This document shows positions 41,701 through 56,450 of a DNA stretch of 64,000 nt, piece by piece. The position numbers and the translations under genes are program-made. The notes beneath the pieces are model-generated. The model had not been told where the DNA came from. It was given only the letters and a program-made list of their open reading frames with translations, and made no database searches. Source of the stretch: Eledone cirrhosa (Eukaryota). Every line of letters starts with the position of its first letter. Position 1 is the stretch's first letter. The stretch spans positions 211,358,001 to 211,422,000 of the forward strand of contig OZ024743.1 of NCBI GenBank assembly GCA_964016885.1, in the 5' to 3' direction.

Positions 41701-44700
41701 GTCTGAGGAAAGAATCACTGGAGAGCTGTTCCAGGTAGAGCCACTAATTCACTGAATTGAGAGATCATAGCTCTGATATTACAGACATGGTGTTAGAATG
41801 TCTCAGGAAAGAATCACTAGAGAGCTGTTCCAGGTAGAGCCACTAATTCACTGAATTGAGAGATCACAGCTCTGATACTATAGACATGTGGTTAGAATGT
41901 CTGAGGAAAGAATCACTAGAGAGCTGTTCCAGGTAGAGCCACTAATTCACTGAATTGAGAGATCACAATTCTGATATTACAGACATGTAGTTAGAATGTC
42001 TGAGGAAAGAATCACTGGAGAGATGTTCCAGGTAGAGCCACTAATTCACTGAATTGAGAGATCGCAGCTCTGATATTACAGACATGTGGTTAGAATGTCT
42101 GAGGAAAGAATCACTGGAGAGCTGTTCCAGGTAGAGCCACTAATTCACTGAATTGAGAGATCATAGCTCTGATATTACAGACATGTGGTTAGAATGTCTG
42201 AGGAAAGAATCACTAGAGAGCTGTTCCAGGTAGAGCCACTAATTCACTGAATTGAGAGATCACAATTCTGATATTACAGACATGTGGTTAGAATGTCTGA
42301 GGAAAGAATCACTGGAGAGATATTCCAGGTAGAGCCACTAATTCACTGAATTGAGAGATCACAGCTCTGATACTACAGACATGTGCTTAGAATGTCTAAG
42401 GAAAGAATCACTGGAGAGCTGTTCCATGTAGAGCCACTAATTCACTGAATTGAGAGATCACAGCTCTGATATTACAGACATGTGGTTAGAATGTCTCAGG
42501 AAAGAATCACTGGAGAGCTGTTCCAGGTAGAGCCACTAATTCACTGAATTGAGAGATCACAGCTCGGATATTACAGACATGTGGTTAGAATGTCTGAGGA
42601 AAGAATCACTGGAGAGCTGTTCCAAGTAGAGCCACTAATTCACTGAATTGAGAGATCACAACTCAGATATTACAGACATGTGGTTAGAATGTCTGAGGAA
42701 AGAATCACTAGAGAGCTGTTCCAGGTAGAGCTACTAATTCATTGAATTGAGAGATCACAGCTCTGATACTACAGACATGGGGTTAGAATTCCTGAGGAAA
42801 GTATAACTAGAGAGCTGTTCCAGGTAGAGCCACTAATTCACCAAATTGAGAGATCTTAGCTCTGATACTACAGACATGTGGTTAGAATGTCTGAGGAACG
42901 AATCACTAGAGAGCTGTTCCAGGTAGTGCCACTAATTCACTGAATTGAGAGATCATAGCTCTGATACTACAGACATGTGGTTAGAATGTCTCAGGAAAGA
43001 ATCACTAGAGAGCTGTTCCAGGTAGAGCCACTAATTCACTGAATTGAGAGTTCACAGCTCTGATACTACAGACATGTGGTTAGAATGTCTGGGGAAAGAA
43101 TCACTAGAGAGCTGTTCCAGGTAGAGCCACTAATTCACTGAATTGAGAGATCATAGCTCTGATACTACAGACATGTGGTTAGAATGTCTGAGGAAAGAAT
43201 CACTAGAGAGCTGTTCCAGGTAGAGCCACTAATTCACTGAATTGAGAGATCACAGCTCTGATATTACAGACATGTGGCTAGAATGTCTGAGGAAAGAATC
43301 CTCGGAGAGCTGTTCCATGTAGAGCCACTAATTCACTGAATTGAGAGATCACAGCTCTGATATTACAGATATGTTGTTAGAATGTCTCAGGAAAGAATCA
43401 CTGGAGATCTGTTCCAGGTAGAGCCACTAATTCACTGAATTGAGAGATCACAGCTCTGATATTACAGACATGTGGTTAGAATGTCTCAGGAAAGAATCAC
43501 TAGAGAGCTGTTTCATGTAGAGCCACTAATTCACTGAATTGAGAGATCACAGCTCTGATATTATAGACATGTGGTTAGAATGTCTGAGGAAAGAATCACT
43601 AGCGAGCTGTTCCAGATAGAGCCGCTAATTCACTGAATTGAGAGATCACAGCTCTGATACTACAGATATGTGGTTAGAATGTCTGAGGAAAGAATCACTG
43701 GAGAGCTGTTCCAGGTAGAGCCACTAATTCACTGAATTGAGAGATCACAGCTCTGATACTACAGACATGTGGTTAGAATGTCTGAGGAAAGAATCGCTGG
43801 GGAGCTTTTCCAGGTAGAGCCACTAATTCACTGAATTGAGAGATCACAGCTCTGATATTACAGACATGTGGTTAGAATGTCTGATGAAAGAAACACTAGA
43901 GAGCTGTTCCAGGTAGAGCCACTAATTCACTGAATTGAGAGATAATAGCTCTGATATTACAGACATGTGGTTAGAATGTCTGAGGAAAGAATCACTAGAG
44001 AGCTGTTCCAGCTAGAGCCACTAATTCACTGAATTGAGAGATCACAGCTCTGATATTACAGACCTGTGGTTAGAATGTCTGAGGAAAGAATCACTAGAGA
44101 GCTGTTCCAGGTAGAGCCACTAATTCACTGAATTGAGAGATCACAGCTCTGATATTACAGACATGTGGTTAGAATGTCTGAGTAAAGAATCACTGGAGAG
44201 CTGTTCCAGGTAGAGCCACTAATTCACTGAATTGAGAGATAATAGCTCTGATATTACAGACATGTGGTTAGAATGTCTGAGGAAAGAATCACTAGAGGGC
44301 TGTTCCAGGTAGAGCCACTAATTCACTGAATTTAGAGATCACAGCTCTGATATTACAGACATGTTGTTAGAATGTCTCAGGAAAGTATCACTAGAGAGCT
44401 GTTCCAGGTAGAGCCACTAATTCACTGAATTGAGAGATCACAGCTCTGATAATACAGACATGTGGTTAGTATGTCTCAGTAAAGAATCACTGGAGAGCTG
44501 TTCCAGGTAGAGCCGTTAATTCACTGAATTGAGAGATCATAGCTCTGATACTACAGACATGTGGTTAGAATGTCTAAGGAAAGAATCACTAGAGAGCTGT
44601 TCCAGGTAGAGCCGCTAATTCACTGAATTGAGAGATCATAGCTCTGATACTACAGACATGTGGTTAGAATGTCTGAGGAAAGAAACACTAGAGAGCTGTT

Positions 44701-47700
44701 CCAGGTATGAGCCACTAATTAAATGAATTGAGAGATCACAGCTCTGATACTACAGACATGGGGTTAGAATTCCTGAGGAAAGAATAACTAGAGAGCTGTT
44801 CCAGGTAGAGCCACTAATTCACCAAATTGAGAGATCATAGCTCTGATACTACAGACATGTGGTTAGAATGTCTGAGGAACGAATCACTAGAGAGCTGTTC
44901 CAGGTAGTGCCACTAATTCACTGAATTGAGAGATCATAGCTCTGATACTACAGACATGTGGTTAGAATGTCTGAGGAAAGAATCACTAGAGAGCTGTTCC
45001 AGGTAGAGCCACTAATTCACTGAATTGAGAGATCACAGCTCTGATACTACAGACATGTGGTTAGAATGTCTGAGGAAAGAATCACTAGAGAGCTCTTCCA
45101 GGTAGAGCCACTAATTCACTGAATTGTGAGATCATAGCTCTGATACTACAGATATGTGGTTAGAATGTCTGAGGAAAGAATCACTGGAGAGCTGTTCCAG
45201 GTAGAGCCACTAATTCACTGAATTGAGAGATCATAGCTCTGATACTACAGACATGTGGTTAGAATGTCTGAGGAAAGAATCACTAGAGAGCTGTTCCAGG
45301 TAGAGCCACTAATTCACTGAATTGAGAGATCATAGCTCTGATACTACAGACATGTGGTTAGAATGTCTGAGGAAAGAATCACTAGAGAGCTGTTCCAGGT
45401 AGAGCCACTAATTCACTGAATTAAGAGATCATAGCTCTGATATTACAGACATGTGGTTAGAATGTCTGAGGAGAGAGTCACTAGAGAGCTGTTCCAGGTA
45501 GAGCCAATAATTCACTGAATTGAGAGACCACAGCTCTGATATTACAGACATGTGGTTAGAATGTCTGAGGAAAGAATCACTGGAGAGCTGTTCCAGGTAG
45601 AGCCACTAATTCACTGAATTGAGAGATCATAGCTCTGATATTACAGACATGTGGTTAGAATGTCTGATGAAAGAATCACTGGAGAGCTGTTCCAGGTAGA
45701 GCCACTAATTCACTGAATTGAGAGATCACAGCTCTGATATTACAGACATGTGGTTAGAATGTCTGAGGAAAGAATCACTAGAGAGCTGTTCCAGGTAGAG
45801 CCACTAATTCACTGAATTGAGAGATCATAGCTCTGATACTACAGACATGTGGTTAGAATGTCTGAGGAAAGAATCACTAGAGAGCTGTTCCAGGTAGAGC
45901 CACTAATTCACTGAATTAAGAGATCATAGCTCTGATATTACAGACATGTGGTTAGAATGTCTGAGGAAAGAATCACTAGAGAGCTGTTCCAGGTAGAGCC
46001 ACTAATTCACTGAATTGAGAGATCACAGCTCTGATATTACAGACATGTGGTTAGAATGTCTGAGGAAAGAATCACTAGAGAGCTGTTCCAGGTAGTGCCA
46101 CTAATTCACTGAATTGAGAGATAATAGCTCTGATATTACAGACATGTGGTTAGAATGTCTGAGGAACGAATCACTGGAGAGCTGTTCCAGGTAGAGCCAC
46201 TAATTCACTGAATTGAGAGATCATAGCTCTGATATTACAGACATGGGGTTAGAACGTCTCAGGAAAGAATCACTAGAGAGCTGTTCCAGGTAGAGCCACT
46301 AATTCACTGAATTGAGAGATCACAGCTCTGATACTATAGATATATGGTTAGAATGTCTGAGGAAAGAATCACTAGAGAGCTGTTCCAGGTAGAGCCACTA
46401 ATTCACTGAATTGAGAGATCACAATTCTGATATTACAGACATGTGGTTAGAATGTCTGAGGAAAGAATCACTGGAGAGATGTTCCAGGTAGAGCCACTAA
46501 TTCACTGAATTGAGAGATCACAGCTCTGATATTACAGACATGTGCTTAGAATGTCTAAGGAAAGAATCACTGGAGAGCTGTTCCAGGTAGAGCCACTAAT
46601 TCACTCAGTTGAGAGATCACAGCTCTGATATTACAGACATGTGGTTAGAATGTCTGAGGAAAGAATCACTAGAGAGCTGTTCCAGGTAGAGCCACTAATT
46701 CACTGAATTGAGAGATCATAGCTCTAATACTATAGACATGAGGTTAGAATGTCTGAGGAAAGAATCACTAGAGAGCTGTTCCAGGTAGAGCCACTAATTC
46801 AATGAATTCAGAGATCACAACTCTGATATTACAGACATGTGGTTAGAATGTCTGAGGAGAGAGTCACTAGAGAGCTGTTCCAGGTAGAGCCAATAATTCA
46901 CTGAATTGAGAGACCACAGCTCTGATATTACAGACATGTGGTTAGAATGTCTGAGGAAAGAATCACTGGAGAGCTGTTCCAGGTAGAGCCACTAATTCAC
47001 TGAATTGAGAGATCATAGCTCTGATATTACAGACATGTGGTTAGAATGTCTGATGAAAGAATCACTGGAGAGCTGTTCCAGGTAGAGCCACTAATTCACT
47101 GAATTGAGAGATCACAGCTCTGATATTACAGACATGTGGTTAGAATGTCTGAGGAAAGAATCACTGGAGAGCTGTTCCAGGTAGAGCCACTAATTCACTG
47201 AATTGACAGATCACAACTCAGATATTACAGACATGTGGTTAGAATGTCTGATTAGAATCACTGGAGAGCTGTTCCAGGTAGAGCCACTAATTCACTGAAT
47301 TGAGAGATCACAGCTCTGATATTACAGACATGTGGTTAGAATGTCTGAGGAAAGAATCACTAGAGAGCTGTTCCAGGTAGAGCCACAAATTCACGGAATT
47401 GAGAGATCACAGCTCTGATATTACAGACATGTGGTTAGAATGTCTGAGGTAAGAATCACTGGAGAGCTGTTCCAGGTAGAGCCACTAATTCACTGAATTG
47501 AGAGATCACAGCTCTGATATTACAGACATGTGGTTAGAATGTCTCAGGAAAGAATCACTAGAGACCTGTTCCAGGTAGAGCCACTAATTCACTGAATTGA
47601 GAGATCACGGCTCTGATATTACAGACATGTGGTTAGAATGTCTGAGGAAAGAATCACTAGAGAGCTGTTCCAGGTAGAGCCACTAATTCACTGAATTGAG

Positions 47701-50700
47701 ACATCACAGCTCTGATATTACAGACATGTGGTTAGAATGTCTGAGGAAAGTATCACTGGAGAGCTGTTCCAGGTAGAGCCACTAATTCACTCAATTGAGA
47801 GATCACAGCTCTGATATTACAGACATGTGGTTAGAATGTCTGAGGAAAGAATCACTAGAGAGCTGTTCCAGGTAGAGCCACAAATTCACTGAATTGAGAG
47901 ATCACAGCTCTGATATTACAGACATGTGGTTAGAATGTCTGAGGAAAGAATCACTGGAGAGCTGTTCCAGGTAGAGCCACTAATTCACTGAATTGAGAGA
48001 TCATAGCTCTGATATTACAGACATGGTGTTAGAATGTCTCAGGAAAGAATCACTAGAGAGCTGTTCCAGGTAGAGCCACTAATTCACTGAATTGAGAGAT
48101 CACAGCTCTGATACTATAGACATGTGGTTAGAATGTCTGAGGAAAGAATCACTAGAGAGCTGTTCCAGGTAGAGCCACTAATTCACTGAATTGAGAGATC
48201 ACAATTCTGATATTACAGACATGTAGTTAGAATGTCTGAGGAAAGAATCACTGGAGAGATGTTCCAGGTAGAGCCACTAATTCACTGAATTGAGAGATCA
48301 CAGCTCTGATATTACAGACATGTGCTTAGAATGTCTAAGGAAAGAATCACTGGAGAGCTGTTCCATGTAGAGCCACTAATTCACTGAATTGAGAGATCAC
48401 AGCTCTGATATTACAGACATGTGGTTAGAATGTCTGAGGAAAGAATCACTGGAGAGCTGTTCCAGGTAGAGCCACTAATTCACTGAATTGACAGATCACA
48501 ACTCAGATATTACAGACATGTGGTTAGAATGTCTGAGGAAAGAATCACTGGAGAGCTGTTCCAGGTAGAGCCACTAATTCACTGAATTGACAGATCACAA
48601 CTCAGATATTACAGACATGTGGTTAGAATGTCTGAGGAAAGAATCACTGGAGAGCTGTTCCAGTTAGAGCCACTAATTCACTGAATTGAGAGATCACAGC
48701 TCTGATATTACAGACATGGGGTTAGAATGTCTCAGGAAAGAATCACTAGAGAGCTGTTCAAGGTAGAGCCACTAATTCACTGAATTGAGAGATCACAGCT
48801 CTGATACTACAGACATGCGGTTAGAATGTCTGAGGAAAGAATCACTAGAGAGCTGTTCCAGGTAGAGCCGCTAATTCACTGAATTGAGAGATCATAGCTC
48901 TGATACTACAGACACGTGGTTAGAATGTCTAAGGAAAGAATCACTAGAGAGCTGTTCCAGGTAGAGCCACTAATTCACTGAATTGAGAGATCACAGCTCT
49001 GATATTACAGACATGTGGTTAGAATGTCTCAGGAAAGAATCACTAGAGACCTGTTCCAGGTAGATCCACTAATTCACTGAATTGAGAGATCACGGCTCTG
49101 ATATTACAGACATGTGGTTAGAATGTCTGAGGAAAGAATCACTAGAGAGCTGTTCCAGGTAGAGCCACTAATTCACTGAATTGAGACATCACAGCTCTGG
49201 TATTACAGACATGTTGTTAGAATGTCTGAGGAAAGAATCACTAGAGAGCTGTTCCAGGTAGAGCCGCTAATTCACTGAATTGACAGTTCACAACTCAGAT
49301 ATTACAGACATGTGGTTAGAATGTCTGAGGAAAGTATCACTGGAGAGCTGTTCCAGGTAGAGCCACTAATTCACTCAATTGAGAGATCACAGCTCTGATA
49401 TTACAGACATGTGGTTAGAATGCCTGAGGAAAGAATCAATAGAGAGCTGTTCCAGGTAGAGCCACTAATTCACTGAATTGAGAGATCATAGCTCTAATAC
49501 TATAGACATGAGGTTAGAATGTCTGAGGAAAGAATCACTAGAGAGCTGTTCCAGGTAGAGCCACTAATTCAATGAATTCAGAGATCACAACTCTGATATT
49601 ACAGACATGTGGTTAGAATGTCTGAGGAGAGAATCACTAGAGAGCTGTTCCAGGTAGAGCCAATAATTCACTGAATTGAGAGATCACAGCTCTGATATTA
49701 CAGACATGTGGTTAGAATGTCTGAGGAAAGAATCACTGGAGAGCTGTTCCAGGTAGAGCCACTAATTCACTGAATTGAGAGATCATAGCTCTGATATTAC
49801 AGACATGTGGTTAGAATGTCTGATGAAAGAATCACTGGAGAGCTGTTCCAGGTAGAGCCACTAATTCACTGAATTGAGAGATCACAGCTCTGATATTAAA
49901 GACATGTGGTTAGAATGTCTGAGGAAAGACTCACTGGAGAGCTGTTCCAGGTAGAGCCACTAATTCACTGAATTGACAGATCACAACTCAGATGTTGCAG
50001 ACATGGGGTTAGAATGTCTGAGGAAAGTATCACTGGAGAGCTGTTCCAGGTAGAGCCACTAATTCACTCAATTGAGAGATCACAGCTCTGATATTACAGA
50101 CATGTGGTTAGAATGTCTGAGGAAATAATCACTGGAGAGCTGTTCCAGGTAGAGCCACTAATTCACTGAATTGACAGATCACAACTCAGATATTACAGAC
50201 ATGTGGTTAGAATGTCTGAGGAAAGAATCACTGGAGAGCTGTTCCAGTTAGAGCCACTAATTCACTGAATTGAGAGATCACAGCTCTGATATTACAGACA
50301 TGGGGTTAGAATGTCTCAGGAAAGAATCACTAGAGAGCTGTTCAAGGTAGAGCCACTAATTCACTGAATTGAGAGATCACAGCTCTGATACTACAGACAT
50401 GCGGTTAGAATGTCTGAGGAAAGAATCACTAGAGAGCTGTTCCAGGTAGAGCCGCTAATTCACTGAATTGAGAGATCATAGCTCTGATACTACAGACACG
50501 TGGTTAGAATGTCTAAGGAAAGAATCACTAGAGAGCTGTTCCAGGTAGAGCCACTAATTCACTGAATTGAGAGATCACAGCTCTGATATTACAGACATGT
50601 GGTTAGAATGTCTCAGGAAAGAATCACTAGAGACCTGTTCCAGGTAGAGCCACTAATTCACTGAATTGAGAGATCACGGCTCTGATATTACAGACATGTG

Positions 50701-53700
50701 GTTAGAATGTCTGAGGAAAGAATCACTAGAGAGCTGTTCCAGGTAGAGCCACTAATTCACTGAATTGAGACATCACAGCTCTGGTATTACAGACATGTGG
50801 TTAGAATGTCTGAGGAAAGAATCACTAGAGAGCTGTTCCAGGTAGAGCCGCTAATTCACTGAATTGAGAGATCATAGCTCTGATATTACAGACATGTGGT
50901 TAGAATGTCTGAGGAAAGAATCACTGGAGAGCTGTTCCAGGTAGAGCCACTAATTCACTGAATTGACACATCACAACTCAGATATTACAGACATGTGGTT
51001 AGAATGTCTGAGGAAAGTATCACTGGAGAGCTGTTCCAGGTAGAGCCACTAATTCACTCAATTGAGAGATCACAGCTCTGATATTACAGACATGTGGTTA
51101 GAATGTCTGAGGAAAGAATCACTAGAGAGCTGTTCCAGGTAGAGCCACTAATTCACTCAATTGAGAGATCACAGCTCTGATATTACAGACATGTGGTTAG
51201 AATGTCTGAGGAAAGAATCACTAGAGACCTGTTCCAGGTAGAGCCACTAATTCAATGAATTCAGAGATCACAACTCTGATATTACAGACATGTGGTTAGA
51301 ATGTCTGAGGAGAGAATCACTAGAGAGCTGTTCCAGGTAGAGCCAATAATTCACTGAATTGAGAGATCACAGCTCTGATATTACAGATATGTGGTTAGAA
51401 TGTCTGAGGAAAGAATCACTGGAGAGCTGTTCCAGGTAGAGCCACTAATTCACTGAATTGAGAGATCATAGTTCTGATATTACAGACATGTGGTTAGAAT
51501 GTCTGATGAAAGAATCACTGGAGAGCTGTTCCAGGTAGAGCCACTAATTCACTGAATTGAGAGATCACAGCTCTGATATTACAGACATGTGGTTAGAATG
51601 TCTGAGGAAAGACTTACTGGAGAGCTGTTCCAGGTAGAGCCACTAATTCACTGAATTGACAGATCACAACTCAGATATTGCAGACATGGGGTTAGAATGT
51701 CTGAGGAAAGTATCACTGGAGAGCTGTTCCAGGTAGAGCCACTAATTCACTCAATTGAGAGATCACAGCTCTGATATTACAGACATGTGGTTAGAATGTC
51801 TGAGGTAAGAATCACTGGAGAGCTGTTCCAGGTAGAGCCACTAATTCACTGAATTGAGAGATCACAGCTCTGATATTACAGACATGTGGTTAGAATGTCT
51901 CAGGAAAGAATCACTAGAGACCTGTTCCAGGTAGAGCCACTAATTCACTGAATTGAGAGATCACGGCTCTGATATTACAGACATGTGGTTAGAATGTCTG
52001 AGGAAAGAATCACTAGAGAGCTGTTCCAGGTAGAGCCACTAATTCACTGAATTGAGACATCACAGCTCTGATATTACAGACATGTGGTTAGAATGTCTGA
52101 GGAAAGTATCACTGGAGAGCTGTTCCAGGTAGAGCCACTAATTCACTGAATTGAGAGATCACAGCTCTGATATTACAGACATGTGGTTAGAATGTCTGAG
52201 GAAAGAATCACTAGAGAGCTGTTCCAGGTAGAGCCACAAATTCACTGAATTGAGAGATCACAGCTCTGATATTACAGACATGTGGTTAGAATGTCTCAGG
52301 TAAGAATCACTGGAGAGCTGTTCCAGGTAGAGCCACTAATTCACTGAATTGAGAGATCACAGCTCTGATATTACAGACATGTGGTTAGAATGTCTGAGGA
52401 AAGAATCACTAGAGAGCTGTTCCAGGTAGAGCCGCTAATTCACTGAATTGAGAGATCATAGCTCTGATACTACAGACATGTGGTTAGAATGTCTCAGGAA
52501 AGAATCACTGGAGAGCTGTTCCAGGTAGAGCCACTAATTCACTGAATTGAGAGATCATAGCTCTGATACTACAGAAATGTGGTTAGAACGTCTCAGGAAA
52601 GAATCACTGGAGAGCTGTTCCAGGTAGAGCCACTAATTCACTGAATTGAGAGATCATAGCTCTGATATTACAGACATGGGGTTAGAATGTCTCAGGAAAG
52701 AATCACTAGAGAGCTGTTCCAGGTAGAGCCACTAATTCACTGAATTGAGAGATCAAAGCTCTGATATTACAGACATGTGGTTAGAATGTCTGAGGAAAGA
52801 ATCACTGGAGAGCTGTTCCAGGTAGAGCCACTAATTCACTGAATTGAGAGATCGCAGCTCTGATATTACAGACATGTGGTTAGAATGTCTGAGGAAAGAA
52901 TCACTGGAGAGCTGTTCCAGGTAGAGCCACTAATTCACTGAATTGAGAGATCATAGCTCTGATATTACAGACATGTGGTTAGAATGTCTGAGGAAAGAAT
53001 CACTAGAGAGCTGTTCCAGGTAGAGCCACTAATTCACTGAATTGAGAGATCACAATTCTGATATTACAGACATGTGGTTAGAATGTCTGAGGAAAGAATC
53101 ACTGGAGAGATATTCCAGGTAGAGCCACTAATTCACTGAATTGAGAGATCACAGCTCTGATACTACAGACATGTGCTTAGAATGTCTAAGGAAAGAATCA
53201 CTGGAGAGCTGTTCCATGTAGAGCCACTAATTCACTGAATTGAGAGATCACAGCTCTGATATTACAGACATGTGGTTAGAATGTCTCAGGAAAGAATCAC
53301 TGGAGAGCTGTTCCAGGTAGAGCCACTAATTCACTGAATTGAGAGATCACAGCTCGGATATTACAGACATGTGGTTAGAATGTCTGAGGAAAGAATCACT
53401 GGAGAGCTGTTCCAAGTAGAGCCACTAATTCACTGAATTGAGAGATCACAACTCAGATATTACAGACATGTGGTTAGAATGTCTGAGGAAAGAATCACTA
53501 GAGAGCTGTTCCAGGTAGAGCTACTAATTCATTGAATTGAGAGATCACAGCTCTGATACTACAGACATGGGGTTAGAATTCCTGAGGAAAGTATAACTAG
53601 AGAGCTGTTCCAGGTAGAGCCACTAATTCACCAAATTGAGAGATCTTAGCTCTGATACTACAGACATGTGGTTAGAATGTCTGAGGAACGAATCACTAGA

Positions 53701-56450
53701 GAGCTGTTCCAGGTAGTGCCACTAATTCACTGAATTGAGAGATCATAGCTCTGATACTACAGACATGTGGTTAGAATGTCTCAGGAAAGAATCACTAGAG
53801 AGCTGTTCCAGGTAGAGCCACTAATTCACTGAATTGAGAGTTCACAGCTCTGATACTACAGACATGTGGTTAGAATGTCTGGGGAAAGAATCACTAGAGA
53901 GCTGTTCCAGGTAGAGCCACTAATTCACTGAATTGAGAGATCATAGCTCTGATACTACAGACATGTGGTTAGAATGTCTGAGGAAAGAATCACTAGAGAG
54001 CTGTTCCAGGTAGAGCCACTAATTCACTGAATTGAGAGATCACAGCTCTGATATTACAGACATGTGGCTAGAATGTCTGAGGAAAGAATCCTCGGAGAGC
54101 TGTTCCATGTAGAGCCACTAATTCACTGAATTGAGAGATCACAGCTCTGATATTACAGATATGTTGTTAGAATGTCTCAGGAAAGAATCACTGGAGATCT
54201 GTTCCAGGTAGAGCCACTAATTCACTGAATTGAGAGATCACAGCTCTGATATTACAGACATGTGGTTAGAATGTCTCAGGAAAGAATCACTAGAGAGCTG
54301 TTTCATGTAGAGCCACTAATTCACTGAATTGAGAGATCACAGCTCTGATATTATAGACATGTGGTTAGAATGTCTGAGGAAAGAATCACTAGCGAGCTGT
54401 TCCAGATAGAGCCGCTAATTCACTGAATTGAGAGATCACAGCTCTGATACTACAGATATGTGGTTAGAATGTCTGAGGAAAGAATCACTGGAGAGCTGTT
54501 CCAGGTAGAGCCACTAATTCACTGAATTGAGAGATCACAGCTCTGATACTACAGACATGTGGTTAGAATGTCTGAGGAAAGAATCGCTGGGGAGCTTTTC
54601 CAGGTAGAGCCACTAATTCACTGAATTGAGAGATCACAGCTCTGATATTACAGACATGTGGTTAGAATGTCTGATGAAAGAAACACTAGAGAGCTGTTCC
54701 AGGTAGAGCCACTAATTCACTGAATTGAGAGATAATAGCTCTGATATTACAGACATGTGGTTAGAATGTCTGAGGAAAGAATCACTAGAGAGCTGTTCCA
54801 GCTAGAGCCACTAATTCACTGAATTGAGAGATCACAGCTCTGATATTACAGACCTGTGGTTAGAATGTCTGAGGAAAGAATCACTAGAGAGCTGTTCCAG
54901 GTAGAGCCACTAATTCACTGAATTGAGAGATCACAGCTCTGATATTACAGACATGTGGTTAGAATGTCTGAGTAAAGAATCACTGGAGAGCTGTTCCAGG
55001 TAGAGCCACTAATTCACTGAATTGAGAGATAATAGCTCTGATATTACAGACATGTGGTTAGAATGTCTGAGGAAAGAATCACTAGAGGGCTGTTCCAGGT
55101 AGAGCCACTAATTCACTGAATTTAGAGATCACAGCTCTGATATTACAGACATGTTGTTAGAATGTCTCAGGAAAGTATCACTAGAGAGCTGTTCCAGGTA
55201 GAGCCACTAATTCACTGAATTGAGAGATCACAGCTCTGATAATACAGACATGTGGTTAGTATGTCTCAGTAAAGAATCACTGGAGAGCTGTTCCAGGTAG
55301 AGCCGTTAATTCACTGAATTGAGAGATCATAGCTCTGATACTACAGACATGTGGTTAGAATGTCTAAGGAAAGAATCACTAGAGAGCTGTTCCAGGTAGA
55401 GCCGCTAATTCACTGAATTGAGAGATCATAGCTCTGATACTACAGACATGTGGTTAGAATGTCTGAGGAAAGAAACACTAGAGAGCTGTTCCAGGTATGA
55501 GCCACTAATTAAATGAATTGAGAGATCACAGCTCTGATACTACAGACATGGGGTTAGAATTCCTGAGGAAAGAATAACTAGAGAGCTGTTCCAGGTAGAG
55601 CCACTAATTCACCAAATTGAGAGATCATAGCTCTGATACTACAGACATGTGGTTAGAATGTCTGAGGAACGAATCACTAGAGAGCTGTTCCAGGTAGTGC
55701 CACTAATTCACTGAATTGAGAGATCATAGCTCTGATACTACAGACATGTGGTTAGAATGTCTGAGGAAAGAATCACTAGAGAGCTGTTCCAGGTAGAGCC
55801 ACTAATTCACTGAATTGAGAGATCACAGCTCTGATACTACAGACATGTGGTTAGAATGTCTGAGGAAAGAATCACTAGAGAGCTCTTCCAGGTAGAGCCA
55901 CTAATTCACTGAATTGTGAGATCATAGCTCTGATACTACAGATATGTGGTTAGAATGTCTGAGGAAAGAATCACTGGAGAGCTGTTCCAGGTAGAGCCAC
56001 TAATTCACTGAATTGAGAGATCACAGCTCTGATATTACAGACATGTGGTTAGAATGTCTGAGGAAAGAATCACTAGAGAGCTGTTCCAGGTAGAGCCACT
56101 AATTCACTGAATTGAGAGATCATAGCTCTGATACTACAGACATGTGGTTAGAATGTCTGAGGAAAGAATCACTAGAGAGCTGTTCCAGGTAGAGCCACTA
56201 ATTCACTGAATTAAGAGATCATAGCTCTGATATTACAGACATGTGGTTAGAATGTCTGAGGAAAGAATCACTAGAGAGCTGTTCCAGGTAGAGCCACTAA
56301 TTCACTGAATTGAGAGATCACAGCTCTGATATTACAGACATGTGGTTAGAATGTCTGAGGAAAGAATCACTAGAGAGCTGTTCCAGGTAGTGCCACTAAT
56401 TCACTGAATTGAGAGATAATAGCTCTGATATTACAGACATGTGGTTAGAA
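29750..56450. repeat. Large segmental higher-order structure ABC-AC-ABC (units of about 10.2 kb, 6.2 kb and 10.3 kb)
   Basis: A 2-bp deletion marker (CTGATTAGAATC) occurs at about 30819, 41015 and 47251. A 1-bp insertion marker (GGTATGAGCCACTAATTAAATG) occurs at 38967, 44708 and 55498. AATCCTCGG occurs at about 37560, 43301 and 54091. Boundaries are approximate. Confidence 0.85.
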
